A DNA stretch of 64,000 nucleotides from Bilabrum cf. latius (Eukaryota). Below are positions 63,429-64,000 of this stretch, piece by piece. The translations under genes and the position numbers were made by a program. The DNA lies in the NCBI GenBank assembly GCA_965178125.1, contig OZ237762.1, forward strand, positions 310,001-374,000, in the 5' to 3' direction. Numbering within the stretch: the first letter of the stretch is position 1; every line of letters begins with the position of its first letter. A model generated the notes under the pieces. The model did not search any database, had not been told where the DNA came from, and saw only the letters and a list, made by a program, of their open reading frames with translations.

Positions 63429-64000
63429 TCAGTCCATCTTGATCTGGCTGTAGATGGCCCTCACGAACGCGAGCGTGGACAGGAAACCGATGGCCCCAGT
63501 CATCAGGAAGAAGGCCCACGAGGCGATGGCCATGTACGCGAAGTAGACGAGCGCCGCCGTGCCGGTGGAGAAATCCAGGGCGAGGTAGTAGTAGTAGATG
63601 GCGTACAGGAACAGGTACCCCCCCGAGGCAGCGGGCGTCAAGAAGCTCCTCCACTGCCAGTTGGGATCTTCGTGCCCCAGGTGGAAGTAGCACAGCACGA
63701 TGGAGATCTCGGCGCTGACCACGCCCAGCGACAGCATCACCACGAAGAGGAAGCCAAACATGTAGTACACGTGGCTGAGCCAGACCGAGCTCATGATGAA
63801 CACGGCCTCCATGAACACCGCCCCGAAGGGAAGCAGCCCGCCCACGAAGATGCCGACCAGCGGCTGCACAAATAGGGGCGTGGGCACTGGGATCCGCTCA
63901 AGGTCGTTGGGCTTGATCACCGGCTCTACCTTGTCCTGGGTGAACCCGATGTACGCGCCCAGCGCCACCAGCGGTAGCGACACAAAGAACCAGAGGGCCA
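63429..64000 (-). CDS. TM9SF: Transmembrane 9 superfamily (nonaspanin/EMP70) protein, 3' part
   Basis: GGLLPFGAVFME, YYMFGFL, EDPNWQWRSF and FVRAIYSQIKMD-TGA, the canonical KxD C-terminus. Confidence 0.95.
   Translation of the reverse strand, partial: ALWFFVSLPLVALGAYIGFTQDKVEPVIKPNDLERIPVPTPLFVQPLVGIFVGGLLPFGAVFMEAVFIMSSVWLSHVYYMFGFLFVVMLSLGVVSAEISIVLCYFHLGHEDPNWQWRSFLTPAASGGYLFLYAIYYYYLALDFSTGTAALVYFAYMAIASWAFFLMTGAIGFLSTLAFVRAIYSQIKMD

Noticed and set aside
1-64000. Mass pseudogenisation, RIP-like mutation or sequencing error as the cause of the internal stops
   Set aside because: Interruptions are exclusively TAG, with no internal TAA/TGA and no frameshifts in the reconstructed exons. 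They affect essential genes such as POLE2 and PDCL3, and flanking motifs are intact.
1-64000. Pyrrolysine or programmed leaky read-through as the meaning of UAG
   Set aside because: Up to 19 TAGs per gene, including adjacent TAG TAG, in unrelated contexts is incompatible with leaky or specialised recoding. Pyrrolysine is not known from eukaryotic nuclei.

Overview
Gene-dense, GC-rich eukaryotic (protist-type) nuclear DNA with short GT-AG introns and about 23 protein-coding genes. These include TUBGCP4, ALDH3, a GH43 hydrolase, DNAJC2, an ARSK-like sulfatase, a PDCL3-like protein, TIM10, POLE2 and TM9SF. The main result is a non-standard nuclear genetic code: UAG is a sense codon, most likely Gln, while UAA and UGA remain stops. 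I counted roughly 80 in-frame TAGs by hand across about 19 genes. They fall inside conserved domains and CAG poly-Gln tracts. Reading through them joins the fragmented ORF track into intact genes that end only in TGA or TAA, so the supplied standard-code ORF track is systematically truncated. The second result is a ~7 kb insert (34116-41154) between two convergent genes, bounded by a 515-bp direct duplication of host sequence. It carries a 1178-aa P-loop NTPase plus restriction-endonuclease-fold (Crinkler/RHS-type) gene that uses the same code, and a nested 1.8-kb element with 29-bp terminal inverted repeats. All family assignments come from motif recognition; no database searches were run.
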